Shown here: piece by piece, positions 19,680 to 28,983 of the stretch | Layout: the number at the start of each line of letters is the position of its first letter | How positions within the stretch are numbered: position 1 is the stretch's first letter | Assembly: GCA_965209155.1 (NCBI GenBank) | Contig: OZ242383.1 | Coordinates: 1,280,001 to 1,344,000, forward strand | Source: a bacterium | GTDB taxonomy: Bacteria > SAR324 > NAC60-12 | Reading direction: 5' to 3' | DNA length: 64,000 bases | The notes under the pieces: model-generated | What the model was told of the DNA's origin: nothing | The model's input: only the letters and a program-made list of their open reading frames with translations | The model's database searches: none | Made by a program: the position numbers and the translations under genes

Positions 19680-21675
19680 GTCGTGGTATTTCCCATTCCA
19701 GCATGGTCACGTGCTTTTTGTTCTGAATGGAAAGATTGGCAGATATTCCTCCTGAATCCTTATCCAGCCAACCGATCAGGAGAACCCGGTCGGACTGGGG
19801 AATATAATCGGAAGCGAGAGCTTTCAGCAGGATTACCATGAAATTTTGTCGAAAGTTATCGAAAAAGGAAACGGCAGGCTGAAAGGTCTCGATATTTGAG
19901 GATAAAAGCTTTGATGTCTTGCCTGTCGATTCTTGTGCGAGCAAATCATATCCTTGTATTTGGTTTTGATTCAAGCGCACGATTTTTCTTTTTCCGGAAG
20001 GTAAGTCCTCGATTGGAATCAGTCGCTCCAACAGAAAAATCCAGCATTTTTTAAAATCGAGTTCTGTTTTATTTTCGAGAACGAAGGTCCAGGTCCCCTG
20101 ATCTTGCCAGAACGTTCCCTGCAAAGGAAATTCAAAGGGTTCTCGGGTTGTTAAAACCTGGTGAGACCAGCGTCGCAAGGGGATTCCAATGACCTGTCGA
20201 TTATTTTTTTGTTCCAATGTGAAACGCTCTTCTCGAGGATTTTTAAGGAAGCTCGATTCCAGGAAGCGAATGGGTTGCGTAACGGAGGTGCTTTCCAGGT
20301 GGTAACGATTGCGGTGGAAGGAATATACCGTGACCCATTGTTGCAAATAGGCAAATGCGGAGTGTGGTTTTTTGGTGAGCAGGGTGAAGCTGCTGTGGTT
20401 GGCTTTGTCGGCTTGTTTGAAATGGTAGTAGCTCGCGCTTCCTGCAATGAAGCACAGGAGGAACACGACAAGGGGGATCATCAATTTTTGTGAGTCTTCG
20501 GAGTTTCGTATTTGGATTTGGAATATTCTGATGCCAATCACATAGAGAATCAGGATCGTAAGAATCGAAATAAATTCAGGAGAAGGGGTGGAGAGGGATT
20601 CTATCAAGGTGAGTAGAATTTGATTCTCGGGTAAGAGTAGTATCGATGGGTCCGCAGGAGGACGAAAACCCTCGAGCCACTGCCAGAAATTTAAATTTCC
20701 ACTCCAATCCTGAAACATGGAAGATTGGAAATTGAAGGCAAAAAAAATAATTTTCCCGTTGCCAAGCGATTTTTCAACCACCAAAGGGATTCGTCCTTCC
20801 TCTATAAGGATCCGGCTGTTGCGTATTCTCGTGTTCAAGATTAAAAAAGGATTTTTTGCAACGAATGGCGCATTGGAAAATGCTTCCAGCGCATTGAGCC
20901 GAGATACGCGCTGCAGTTCAATCACTTCTATGTCAATCAGACTCTTCATAGTCTCATCTTCAAAAAAACTATAATCGATTCCGCTGGTGAGCAGTAAAAA
21001 TCCACCACTCCGTACCCATTGCGCCAGTGCTTGCAATTGGACTTTACTCAAGAACTTGAGCACCCCCGTCTGCAACATCACCGTTTCGACCCCATCGAAA
21101 CCAATCCAATTGCGAGGAAGTGTTCCTGGCCGCAGAAACAAAGGTTTGATCGATTCTTTTTCAGACTCGGAACCGATCTCAGTGAAAAATTTTGAGTTAC
21201 CTCGGTCTCCTGAAACCAGAACGATTTTCTTTTCCGTGAATTGAGTTCTGAGCGATAATGTTTCTTCCCGGAGAATTTCGTCATCGTTGGAAAGTCGAAT
21301 GCGTAGGGGATGCGCAACTGTTTGTATAAAGATAAAAAAATCATAAATTCTGGTCGAATTGGGGGTTAATTCTATGTTCCTGCTATATACGGTTTCCTCG
21401 ATGTTGTTTTGAAATTCGTTGCCTGAGCGAACAATCACATCGAGGGTCCCCGTTGTCAGTTTTCCCCGGTTTTCGATACGCACTGACAGCGGTGTCCAGG
21501 TATCGACTTTGAAAATGCCATTCAGGCCCACTTCACTTTCTATGAATAACGAGGTCGCCCGTGCCTGCATGGAGAAAATACAAATTAGGGCACTGCACAA
21601 CAAGAAACGGGATTTGAGTCGTTTTATGCGTTGAGGAGAAAGCAGAAACGAGAATGATTTTTTCATCTGTTTCAA
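19636..21675 (-). CDS. Hypothetical exported/membrane protein with GATase-like domain (MoxR operon)
   Basis: Signal peptide, WTPL.V.IEN, W.GFDGV, AL..WV.SGG.L, two TM helices. Confidence 0.65.
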   Translation of the reverse strand: MKQMKKSFSFLLSPQRIKRLKSRFLLCSALICIFSMQARATSLFIESEVGLNGIFKVDTWTPLSVRIENRGKLTTGTLDVIVRSGNEFQNNIEETVYSRNIELTPNSTRIYDFFIFIQTVAHPLRIRLSNDDEILREETLSLRTQFTEKKIVLVSGDRGNSKFFTEIGSESEKESIKPLFLRPGTLPRNWIGFDGVETVMLQTGVLKFLSKVQLQALAQWVRSGGFLLLTSGIDYSFFEDETMKSLIDIEVIELQRVSRLNALEAFSNAPFVAKNPFLILNTRIRNSRILIEEGRIPLVVEKSLGNGKIIFFAFNFQSSMFQDWSGNLNFWQWLEGFRPPADPSILLLPENQILLTLIESLSTPSPEFISILTILILYVIGIRIFQIQIRNSEDSQKLMIPLVVFLLCFIAGSASYYHFKQADKANHSSFTLLTKKPHSAFAYLQQWVTVYSFHRNRYHLESTSVTQPIRFLESSFLKNPREERFTLEQKNNRQVIGIPLRRWSHQVLTTREPFEFPLQGTFWQDQGTWTFVLENKTELDFKKCWIFLLERLIPIEDLPSGKRKIVRLNQNQIQGYDLLAQESTGKTSKLLSSNIETFQPAVSFFDNFRQNFMVILLKALASDYIPQSDRVLLIGWLDKDSGGISANLSIQNKKHVTMLEWEIPRRDTHSDALFFRTTL

Positions 21676-22319
21676 GAGATGGAAGATCTTCCCTCCAAAT
21701 GCGAGACATCACCCCAGGAATGAAGCCTCCAGTTTCCTTCTGAGCAGGAAACTGCATTCAGACTGGTATTTCTGATATCAATTCGTTGTCGCATTTTAAA
21801 GGGGAGTTCAAAAATATAGCGAAACAAATTTGACAAAACTCCTCCGTGTGAGACAACAACCAGAGTTTGTTGCGGATGTCGCTCGGCGAGAGTTTCAAAT
21901 CCTGCGACGGAGCGTTTAAAAAACTGGCGAATGCTTTCTCCGTTTGGAATAACGAAGTCGGGATCGAACGACTGGAATTGCTCGAATTCTGCCGGATAGC
22001 GTTCCAATAGCTGTGCTGTTTTGAGTCCTTCAAAAATGCCCAGATTTTTTTCACGCAAGAATGACTCCGTGGAAATCAAATGCCCCGTCGATTGCGCAAT
22101 CGATTGCGCGGTTTGCCAGGCTCTCCCCAAGTCGCTGCTGTAAAGATGGTCAAATTCCATTGTTTTCATGCGATTACCCAATGCAACAATTTCTTGACGC
22201 CCTCTCTCCGTCAGGGGACTGTCTCGATGTCCTTGCCAGATTTCTTGAGCGTTCCACTCTGTTTGACCATGACGTATGAAAATCAAGCGGGTCGGTCCCC
22301 CATCATCCTTTTCTTTCAT
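21672..22319 (-). CDS. Histidine phosphatase / phosphoglycerate mutase family
   Basis: RHGQTEWN, SSDLGRA, LRE, PNGES, SHGG; ATG 22319 with GGAGA RBS. Confidence 0.92.
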   Translation of the reverse strand: MKEKDDGGPTRLIFIRHGQTEWNAQEIWQGHRDSPLTERGRQEIVALGNRMKTMEFDHLYSSDLGRAWQTAQSIAQSTGHLISTESFLREKNLGIFEGLKTAQLLERYPAEFEQFQSFDPDFVIPNGESIRQFFKRSVAGFETLAERHPQQTLVVVSHGGVLSNLFRYIFELPFKMRQRIDIRNTSLNAVSCSEGNWRLHSWGDVSHLEGRSSIS

Positions 22320-22859
22320 TTCTCCAATACCACTTCGATGCCTTGTGAAAAAAACTGTAATGTTCGGGCAGGGGAAAGAAGCTCTGTTCACACTCGCAAA
22401 TACAGATACTGCTCATTCTCATAATTTGAAAAAAAGAATCGATATATACTGAATCAATTATAATTTTCAATGGTGACGTATCAGGTAATGCCTACAATAT
22501 AGTGAGATTGTCACCCCATACCAGTTTAATATAAGTGCTGTCTATTTTCTTCCGTAGATGCATGAGAAAAAATTAAGTATTGCCTTTTCCGGCTTTTTTC
22601 ACGCATATTGTAAATTAATCAGTAAATCTTTTGTTCCAATATTCCGGCATTGTAATGCCTGTTCATTCGTCAAATACTATATATTCAATAAGGGTGAATT
22701 CTTATAATATGTTTTAAAAATCATACCTGTATTGAATGAGAGACACCAGAGGAAACTATTTGAAAACGTCTTTAGCACGATGATGCTTGGCAAGGCTTCC
22801 CCATCATCTGACTATCAATCTGAGCGCCGGATCTCTCAATTGTCCTGTTTTGCCGGACT

Positions 22860-23477
22860 TTGAAAATGACGCCTTTCCCAACACTGAAAACCGATCGTCT
22901 CACCCTGCGCTTACCTGAAATTAGGGAGGCTGCCGACATTTTGGCATTTTGCAGGAAAAATGAAGACCATTTACTGCCTTGGGAACCCCTGAAAGAAGAA
23001 GATTATTATACCATACGCTTTTGGAGAAGAACGATCCAACAAGTACGCCAAGAATTTCAAGAAGATAAATCAATGCGGTTGAATATTTACGAATCATCCA
23101 CAAGAAAATTAATAGGGATGATCAATTTCACGCATTTTGAGCGTGGCGCATTTCAATCGTGTCGCTTGGGGTACAAGATCGATCGGAATTATGAAGGAAA
23201 AGGGATGATGTTCGAATCGTTGGAAGCAGGAATTCAGTATGTATTCAATCCATTGAATTTTCATCGTATCGAAGCAAGCTACATTCCCCGCAATAAAAGG
23301 AGCGCCAGCGTCTTGAAACGTCTGGGTTTTCAAATCACCGGCAAGGAAGAAAATTATCTCCGGATCAACGGAAGATGGGAATGTCATATTTTGACCAGCT
23401 TACTCAATCCCGAATGGAAAGCAATCCCTGCCAACATACGTCCTCTCGCGTTCCTGGGGCGCAAACCCTATAACTGA
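22860..23477 (+). CDS. rimJ: RimJ-like GNAT N-acetyltransferase
   Basis: HL.PWEP, RGAFQSC.LGY, HRIEASYIPRN.RS..VL.RLGF. Confidence 0.85.
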   Translation: MKMTPFPTLKTDRLTLRLPEIREAADILAFCRKNEDHLLPWEPLKEEDYYTIRFWRRTIQQVRQEFQEDKSMRLNIYESSTRKLIGMINFTHFERGAFQSCRLGYKIDRNYEGKGMMFESLEAGIQYVFNPLNFHRIEASYIPRNKRSASVLKRLGFQITGKEENYLRINGRWECHILTSLLNPEWKAIPANIRPLAFLGRKPYN

Positions 23478-23503
23478 TGTCAAGTGAACAAGTTTTGCAT
23501 CAG

Positions 23504-23610
23504 GAGTTCCATTTTTTGCAGATCGCTAATGGATCATTTATTGAACGACAAACCCAGTTGGAAATGGCTACCCCTCCAGGATTGGTTTCCAATCATGCCT
23601 CTGTGCCTCT
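23504..23610 (+). repeat. ~107-bp dispersed intergenic repeat, copy 1 (copy 2 at 33907-34013)
   Basis: Shared TCCATTTTTTGCAGA..GCTAATGGA...CCAGGATTGGTTTCCAATCATGCCT.TGTGCCT. Confidence 0.8.
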
Positions 23611-23701
23611 TGACACCTAACATGAATTTTTAAAAAGAAATTATATTGATCAATCGAAAAGCTCATGCTAATGATCATGTATAAATGGATTGCGTAATGC
23701 C

Positions 23702-24781
23702 ATGAATTTTATATTGGAAGTCAATACAACCATTTGGATAACTTGGATAGGGATCGCCTTGTGCCTGACCCAGTCGGCAATGTTTTCTGGTCTTAATCTG
23801 GGCATTCTCGGTATTAATCGTCTCCGTCTCGAGTCGGAAGCAGAAGCTGGCAATCCTCATGCCGCCGTTGTTTTAGAGTTGCGCAGGGATTTCAATCTGT
23901 TACTCACTACTTTGCTTTGGGGAAACGTGAGTATCAACGTATTGTTGACGTTGTTGTCCGATTCGGTGATGGCAGGCGTGAGCGCATTTCTTTTTTCATC
24001 AGTTGGAATCACTTTTTTCGGAGAAATCCTGCCACAAGCGTATTTTACGCGCAATGCACTCAGACTTGGCTCCTACTTAGCGCCATTGGTGCGGATTTAC
24101 GAATATTTGTTATGGCCCGTTGCCAAGCCTTCTGCCATGTTTCTGGACTGGTGGTTGGGGCCGGAGGGTATCCAGTATATCCGTGAAAGCAGCTTCAAGC
24201 AGTTTTTAAAAAAACACGTCCATGCGGAAGAATCCGATATTGGCAGACTTGAAGGATTGGGGGCATTGAATTTTTTATACCTGGATGATCTTAAAATGAC
24301 CCAGGAAGGCGAAACCGTTCATCCCCAAAGTGTGATAGCATTGCCTTTGAATAGCGACTTACCCCGCTTTCCCAGGTTTATGCGGGACCCGGCCGACCCT
24401 TTCTTGCAGCGTGTTTACGCATCCCATAAAAAATGGGTTATCCTCACGGGTCCCGAAGGCTTGCCAAAATTGGTGCTGAATGCCGGAGCTTTTTTAAAAG
24501 ATGTCTTGTATCAAAAAAAAGAAGAGTTTGATCCCTATCGCTACTGTCATCTTCCGCTTGTGGTAGTTGACCCGCATATCACTTTGGGACAGGTCATTCA
24601 GAATTTCAAGGTCAGTCCGGAACATGCGGAAGACGATGTGATCGACAAAGATCTGATTCTCTTTTGGGGGGAGGAAAAACGGATCATCACAGGGGCTGAT
24701 TTGCTGGGTCGACTATTGCGGGGAATCGTATCCCAAGAACCCCCAACCGATAAATTCGCCGGGTTAAAGCGAGCCAAATAA
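23702..24781 (+). CDS. CNNM/DUF21 domain membrane protein
   Basis: SAMFSGLNLG, LLTTLLWGNV, FFGEILPQA. Confidence 0.85.
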   Translation: MNFILEVNTTIWITWIGIALCLTQSAMFSGLNLGILGINRLRLESEAEAGNPHAAVVLELRRDFNLLLTTLLWGNVSINVLLTLLSDSVMAGVSAFLFSSVGITFFGEILPQAYFTRNALRLGSYLAPLVRIYEYLLWPVAKPSAMFLDWWLGPEGIQYIRESSFKQFLKKHVHAEESDIGRLEGLGALNFLYLDDLKMTQEGETVHPQSVIALPLNSDLPRFPRFMRDPADPFLQRVYASHKKWVILTGPEGLPKLVLNAGAFLKDVLYQKKEEFDPYRYCHLPLVVVDPHITLGQVIQNFKVSPEHAEDDVIDKDLILFWGEEKRIITGADLLGRLLRGIVSQEPPTDKFAGLKRAK

Positions 24782-24813
24782 AAACATCGAATGCAGGGGA
24801 TTGCTATGAATCT

Positions 24814-25524
24814 TCATTCGAGAGGCATTCCTTTCAAATACAATTGCCTTTCTTGTTCAGGAAATCTTTCAATGGCGTAACGTAACATCGTACGGGGCAT
24901 GTTCCGGTAGTGCTTTTTCAGGAAGGATTTTTCAACCGCGCGATTTCGTTTGCCAATCTCTCTGAGCATCCAGCCCACCGCTTTGTGAATCAGTTCTTCT
25001 CTGTCATCGATCAATAAGTCCGCGATCTTGAGCCCATCGTCGAATTCGTTTTTTCGGATCCAGTATAACGTCGCCATCATTGCAATCCTGCGCTCCCATA
25101 GATTTTCGGATTGCGCCAGATCATAGAGGATCCCCCTGTCTTTTTGGTCAAGATAAGGACCGACGATATGATGTGCCGAACTGTCCACCAGATCCCAATT
25201 GTTGATGTATGGAATATGCTGCAGGTACAGGTGATAGATGGCGGTTTTCTCCTTAAAATCTCCCTTTTTGAATTGTTCAACAAATAGCAATAAAGCGAGC
25301 AGTCGTTCTTCATGAAAAGGAGAATGGAGCAGTTGTATGACTTCGTGTTGTGGAGTGTTTTTAAATTTTTTAACCTGCGATCTCAGCACGGGGACACGGA
25401 TACCAAGAAATCGATCACCCTCGCCGTACTCCCCTTTTCCGGTTTTAAAAAAACGCTGTGAATGCTCTGCGATTGAAGGGTTCGCGAGTCCCTTCAGTAT
25501 ATTCGATATTGTTTTTGCAGTCAT
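24814..25524 (-). CDS. DNA alkylation repair protein (AlkD family)
   Basis: FFKTGKGEYGEGD.FLG, INNWDLVD, KAVGWMLRE.GK, MPRTMLRYAIE. Confidence 0.92.
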   Translation of the reverse strand: MTAKTISNILKGLANPSIAEHSQRFFKTGKGEYGEGDRFLGIRVPVLRSQVKKFKNTPQHEVIQLLHSPFHEERLLALLLFVEQFKKGDFKEKTAIYHLYLQHIPYINNWDLVDSSAHHIVGPYLDQKDRGILYDLAQSENLWERRIAMMATLYWIRKNEFDDGLKIADLLIDDREELIHKAVGWMLREIGKRNRAVEKSFLKKHYRNMPRTMLRYAIERFPEQERQLYLKGMPLE

Positions 25525-25569
25525 AATGGAACAGATTATAGAACTGAAGTAGAACAGGCCAGGGGCATA

Positions 25570-26406
25570 TCAACTGGGATCAGAGGAATGCTCTTGAACG
25601 TTCAGCTGGGTGATGAGGTACGTCACCTTGCAATATTCACACACCACCTCAACCGTATCTTCTCCAGGTGGGAATATTTCTGTCTTTCCGTTATCGGCAA
25701 ATTTTTTGACGTTGTCGACCATCTGTTCTTGTGAGCATCCACATTTGAATTGTACGGATTTATTGGCCAGGTACTGAAATCCGATGTTTTCAAATTCTTC
25801 CCGGAGGCTTACGTTGTCCGATAACCCTTTTGCCATGATTTTTTGTAAGGGTGCATGACACAGGTTATAAGCTTGTGCAAGGTCTGATGGATTTTCTTTG
25901 TCTGCCAAAGGTAGTTGGTGCAGCATGAAACTCTGATCACTTTGACTGGAAATACCTATCCGGCTGTTGACTTGATAGGATTGGGCCAGCACGTGGTTGA
26001 TGATTTCGTTTTCATCGACATCCCGCACTTCCAAAGTGGATTGATAGGGTCTTTCCGAATATGGGAAAAATTTGACGAGTCGTACTTGTCCCTGGATGGA
26101 AGCGGGCAAGGATTGGAGTTCGTTCGGGTATAACATCCCCCGCATCAGACCTGCTGCATTCATTTCGATTTTAAGACGAAAATAAGGGGTTTCGGAATCA
26201 ATATAAAAACAAAAATGTTCACCCTGTTTCAGCAATCCGAGCATCAGTTGGATGCTGAGCACTGCGGATCGAAAATAGGAAATACCGGCTTCTCGTAATC
26301 TGTGAGTCAGGACCAGGTCGTGGATCAATTTTTGACCTTCCAGAAAATAGAGAGCAAACTTGCGATCTTTGTCAATAAACGTAAACAATTGACTGTCATT
26401 GAGCAT
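25570..26406 (-). CDS. hslO: Hsp33 redox-regulated chaperone family
   Basis: C-terminal FKCGCS...CEYC zinc motif, S.Q motif. Confidence 0.8.
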   Translation of the reverse strand: MLNDSQLFTFIDKDRKFALYFLEGQKLIHDLVLTHRLREAGISYFRSAVLSIQLMLGLLKQGEHFCFYIDSETPYFRLKIEMNAAGLMRGMLYPNELQSLPASIQGQVRLVKFFPYSERPYQSTLEVRDVDENEIINHVLAQSYQVNSRIGISSQSDQSFMLHQLPLADKENPSDLAQAYNLCHAPLQKIMAKGLSDNVSLREEFENIGFQYLANKSVQFKCGCSQEQMVDNVKKFADNGKTEIFPPGEDTVEVVCEYCKVTYLITQLNVQEHSSDPS

Positions 26407-26427
26407 CGGTACCCTCCTGCGTGTCTG

Positions 26428-26958
26428 TTATCTGGCAAGCGCATGGACGTGATGCTCTAGTTCAAAGACATGGTCATCCACGATTCCTAAGGAACGCAAA
26501 CTGTCAGCCAGCTTTACCAGGTAGTCGGCATTGGGACCACTCGGTCCACGTGAGTGAAAAATTTGCAGGGCCATCTCGGTTGTCGCAGCCGGTCCCAGGT
26601 AATTGGGATTATCGCGCTGAGCCACATAAACGATGACTTGAATTGCAGGGAGCGAGTTCGTCGGATGAAAGGTCTCATCGTAACGCTCAAATCCTCCTTT
26701 TTCACGAGAGTCGAGGTACGAAAAAACAGATTCGGCGACATTTTCAGTTATTTGATAGGCAATTCCCCAGCAAGTGGCGCCGGGTTCGGCAATCAGGGTG
26801 ACAACCCGCCCCGGCGTTTTGGGTGTGCCGCGATGATCGATCGATCCCTGGTAGAAACGACGGGACCATCCTTGAACGTACCCCAACTGTCGATTATTGA
26901 AGGTAAAGCCGGGATTCCAGATCAAAGATCCATATCCGAAAATCCAAACATCTGCCAT
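26428..26958 (-). CDS. chaC: ChaC family gamma-glutamylcyclotransferase
   Basis: WIFGYGSLIW, DHRGTP..PGRVVTL, YLD.REKGG, GPSGPN. Confidence 0.92.
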   Translation of the reverse strand: MADVWIFGYGSLIWNPGFTFNNRQLGYVQGWSRRFYQGSIDHRGTPKTPGRVVTLIAEPGATCWGIAYQITENVAESVFSYLDSREKGGFERYDETFHPTNSLPAIQVIVYVAQRDNPNYLGPAATTEMALQIFHSRGPSGPNADYLVKLADSLRSLGIVDDHVFELEHHVHALAR

Positions 26959-27015
26959 GGTTTCTTCCTCTAAATCATGGTGAGGAAACGGATGCTCTGG
27001 TGCTTCCGAGATTTT

Positions 27016-27600
27016 TCAACGACCCCATGAATCAGGAGCGTAACGGGTGATAAAATTTTGATACTGCGGACGGCTCTTGAAAGGAATACGACTTGTTGGA
27101 GTTCCTGTATAGATAAAACCAACAATACGGTCTTTATTTTCGAGCCCAAGCTCTTGTTTGACCATCGGATCATAGGCATTTACGCCAGTTAGCATAATAG
27201 ATCCAAATTTCATGGCATTGAGCGCCATCATAATATTATGGGCGGCAATTCCGGCAGAAACGACTTGTTCCACCACGGGCACATTAGAGACGTCTTCTTG
27301 AACAATGGCGCAAACCGCAATGATCATCGGAGAACGCAAAGGCTTGGAACGTGCGGCTTCTATGACCTCTTCGGCAGCATCCGGTTCACGGCGCTTTGTG
27401 GCTTCAGCAAACGCATCGCCTAATTTTTTGCGTGCCTCTCCTTCGATGATGATAAAGCGCCAAGGTCTCAGGCTACCGTGATCCGGTGCCGTTACGGCTG
27501 CCTGGAATATTTCGGCAAGCTGCTCCTCAGAAGGAACAGGAGGTCCCAGGTGTTTCGCCGACATCGATTGGCGTGATTGCAAAAAATTCAATATTTCCAT
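27016..27600 (-). CDS. Nitroreductase (YdjA-like)
   Basis: R.S, APDHG.LRPWRF; ATG 27600 preferred. Confidence 0.88.
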   Translation of the reverse strand: MEILNFLQSRQSMSAKHLGPPVPSEEQLAEIFQAAVTAPDHGSLRPWRFIIIEGEARKKLGDAFAEATKRREPDAAEEVIEAARSKPLRSPMIIAVCAIVQEDVSNVPVVEQVVSAGIAAHNIMMALNAMKFGSIMLTGVNAYDPMVKQELGLENKDRIVGFIYTGTPTSRIPFKSRPQYQNFITRYAPDSWGR

Positions 27601-27886
27601 AAAATCCCTTGTGTTGCATACAACGGTTTGTAGTAAGAGTAGTAATAGTCGGATTTTCCGGAGAGACTCTCCTGAATCCATGACAGTAATCATATCCAAA
27701 AAGCTCCAAGGAGTAAAGGGAGAAACCATTGAGCAGGATGGATTCCCTGGTCAATGAATGCATGAAAGCTGATTTTTTGATCTTGTCACAACGAAATCAG
27801 AATTTCTTTTTCAGGTATGACAGTCCGCCTCCCGACTCTTTGAAAACGAAAATCAATTTCCTGCGCAGCATCCTGAAGGCAAATGC

Positions 27887-28933
27887 ATGGCGTTAAAAAA
27901 TATTGAAATCACCGGACCTTATTTCGAGGACTTCAAACGTGGGCAAATTATGGAGGAGCCACCCTCTGTAACCATCACCACGGGGCATATGGTGTTCCAT
28001 CAAAGTCTTTTTGGAGATCGACTGCGCCTGTCACTCGATAAGGTGCTTTGCCGGAAAGTGTCAGGCAGAAAAGAGTTACTGGTAAACCCCAATCTCTTCT
28101 TCAATATAGCAGTCGGACAGACTACTTTTGCTTCTCAACATGTCAAAGGCAACTTGTTCTATCGAGGACTGGTCTTCAAAAAACCAGCTTTTGTGGGGGA
28201 CACCCTGACCACGACCACAAAAGTAATGGCTCTTCGTCAAAACAAGTTAAAAAAAGGCAGACCCTCCACTGGCATGGTAGTATTGGAAATAAGAGTCGTC
28301 AACCAACATGCGGAAGAAATGCTGAGATTCTGGCGTTGTCCGATGATTGCTTGCAGGGACCCGTACATCGAAACCGGGCATACCGACTCCTTCGACGCTT
28401 TCCCTGCCGACCTGGATACAGACGCCATCATGGAAGTGCTTCCCTTGGATTGGAAACTCAGTCTGTTTCGAAAAAGCATCTCGGGGGATCATTTTGATCA
28501 AATTGCAGAAGGAACGACCTTTCGGATCCACTCTCGAGATACCGTTACGACAGCACCGGAACTAGCGCGGTTGACGCTCAACATGGCGATGACTCACACG
28601 GATGCGGAAGCCAGCCACTATAAAAAACGATTGGTGTATGGAGGTCACACGGTGGCTATGGCAGCAGCCCAAATTTCCCGCGCATTGCCCAATATGGTTA
28701 CGATTATGGCATGGAAACGTTGTGACCACACAGCACCTGTATTCGAAAATGACATCCTGCGTACAGTTGTTTCTGTTTTGAAAAAGCACCCTCTCAACGA
28801 ACTGCGGTTCACGGAGAATGGTGGTTTGGTGGAACTTCATGCTACTGTTTTTGCCAGCCGGGAGGGCGAAAATGGCAATGCCATGGAGGAGTGTAAAGTG
28901 TTGGATTGGGAACTGGTTATCTTAATGGCCTGA
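27887..28933 (+). CDS. Double hot-dog MaoC family acyl-CoA dehydratase (mesaconyl-CoA hydratase-like)
   Basis: GPYFEDF, GDRLRL, NLFY, RLVYGGH, H.APVFE.D.L. Confidence 0.8.
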   Translation: MALKNIEITGPYFEDFKRGQIMEEPPSVTITTGHMVFHQSLFGDRLRLSLDKVLCRKVSGRKELLVNPNLFFNIAVGQTTFASQHVKGNLFYRGLVFKKPAFVGDTLTTTTKVMALRQNKLKKGRPSTGMVVLEIRVVNQHAEEMLRFWRCPMIACRDPYIETGHTDSFDAFPADLDTDAIMEVLPLDWKLSLFRKSISGDHFDQIAEGTTFRIHSRDTVTTAPELARLTLNMAMTHTDAEASHYKKRLVYGGHTVAMAAAQISRALPNMVTIMAWKRCDHTAPVFENDILRTVVSVLKKHPLNELRFTENGGLVELHATVFASREGENGNAMEECKVLDWELVILMA

Positions 28934-28983
28934 GCCCCTTTAACAAACGACGGATTAAAAAATCGATTTTAATTGAAAAACAT

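Noticed and set aside
22420..22859. AT-rich divergent intergenic region as an ncRNA
   Set aside because: No convincing structure or repeat; likely just promoters.
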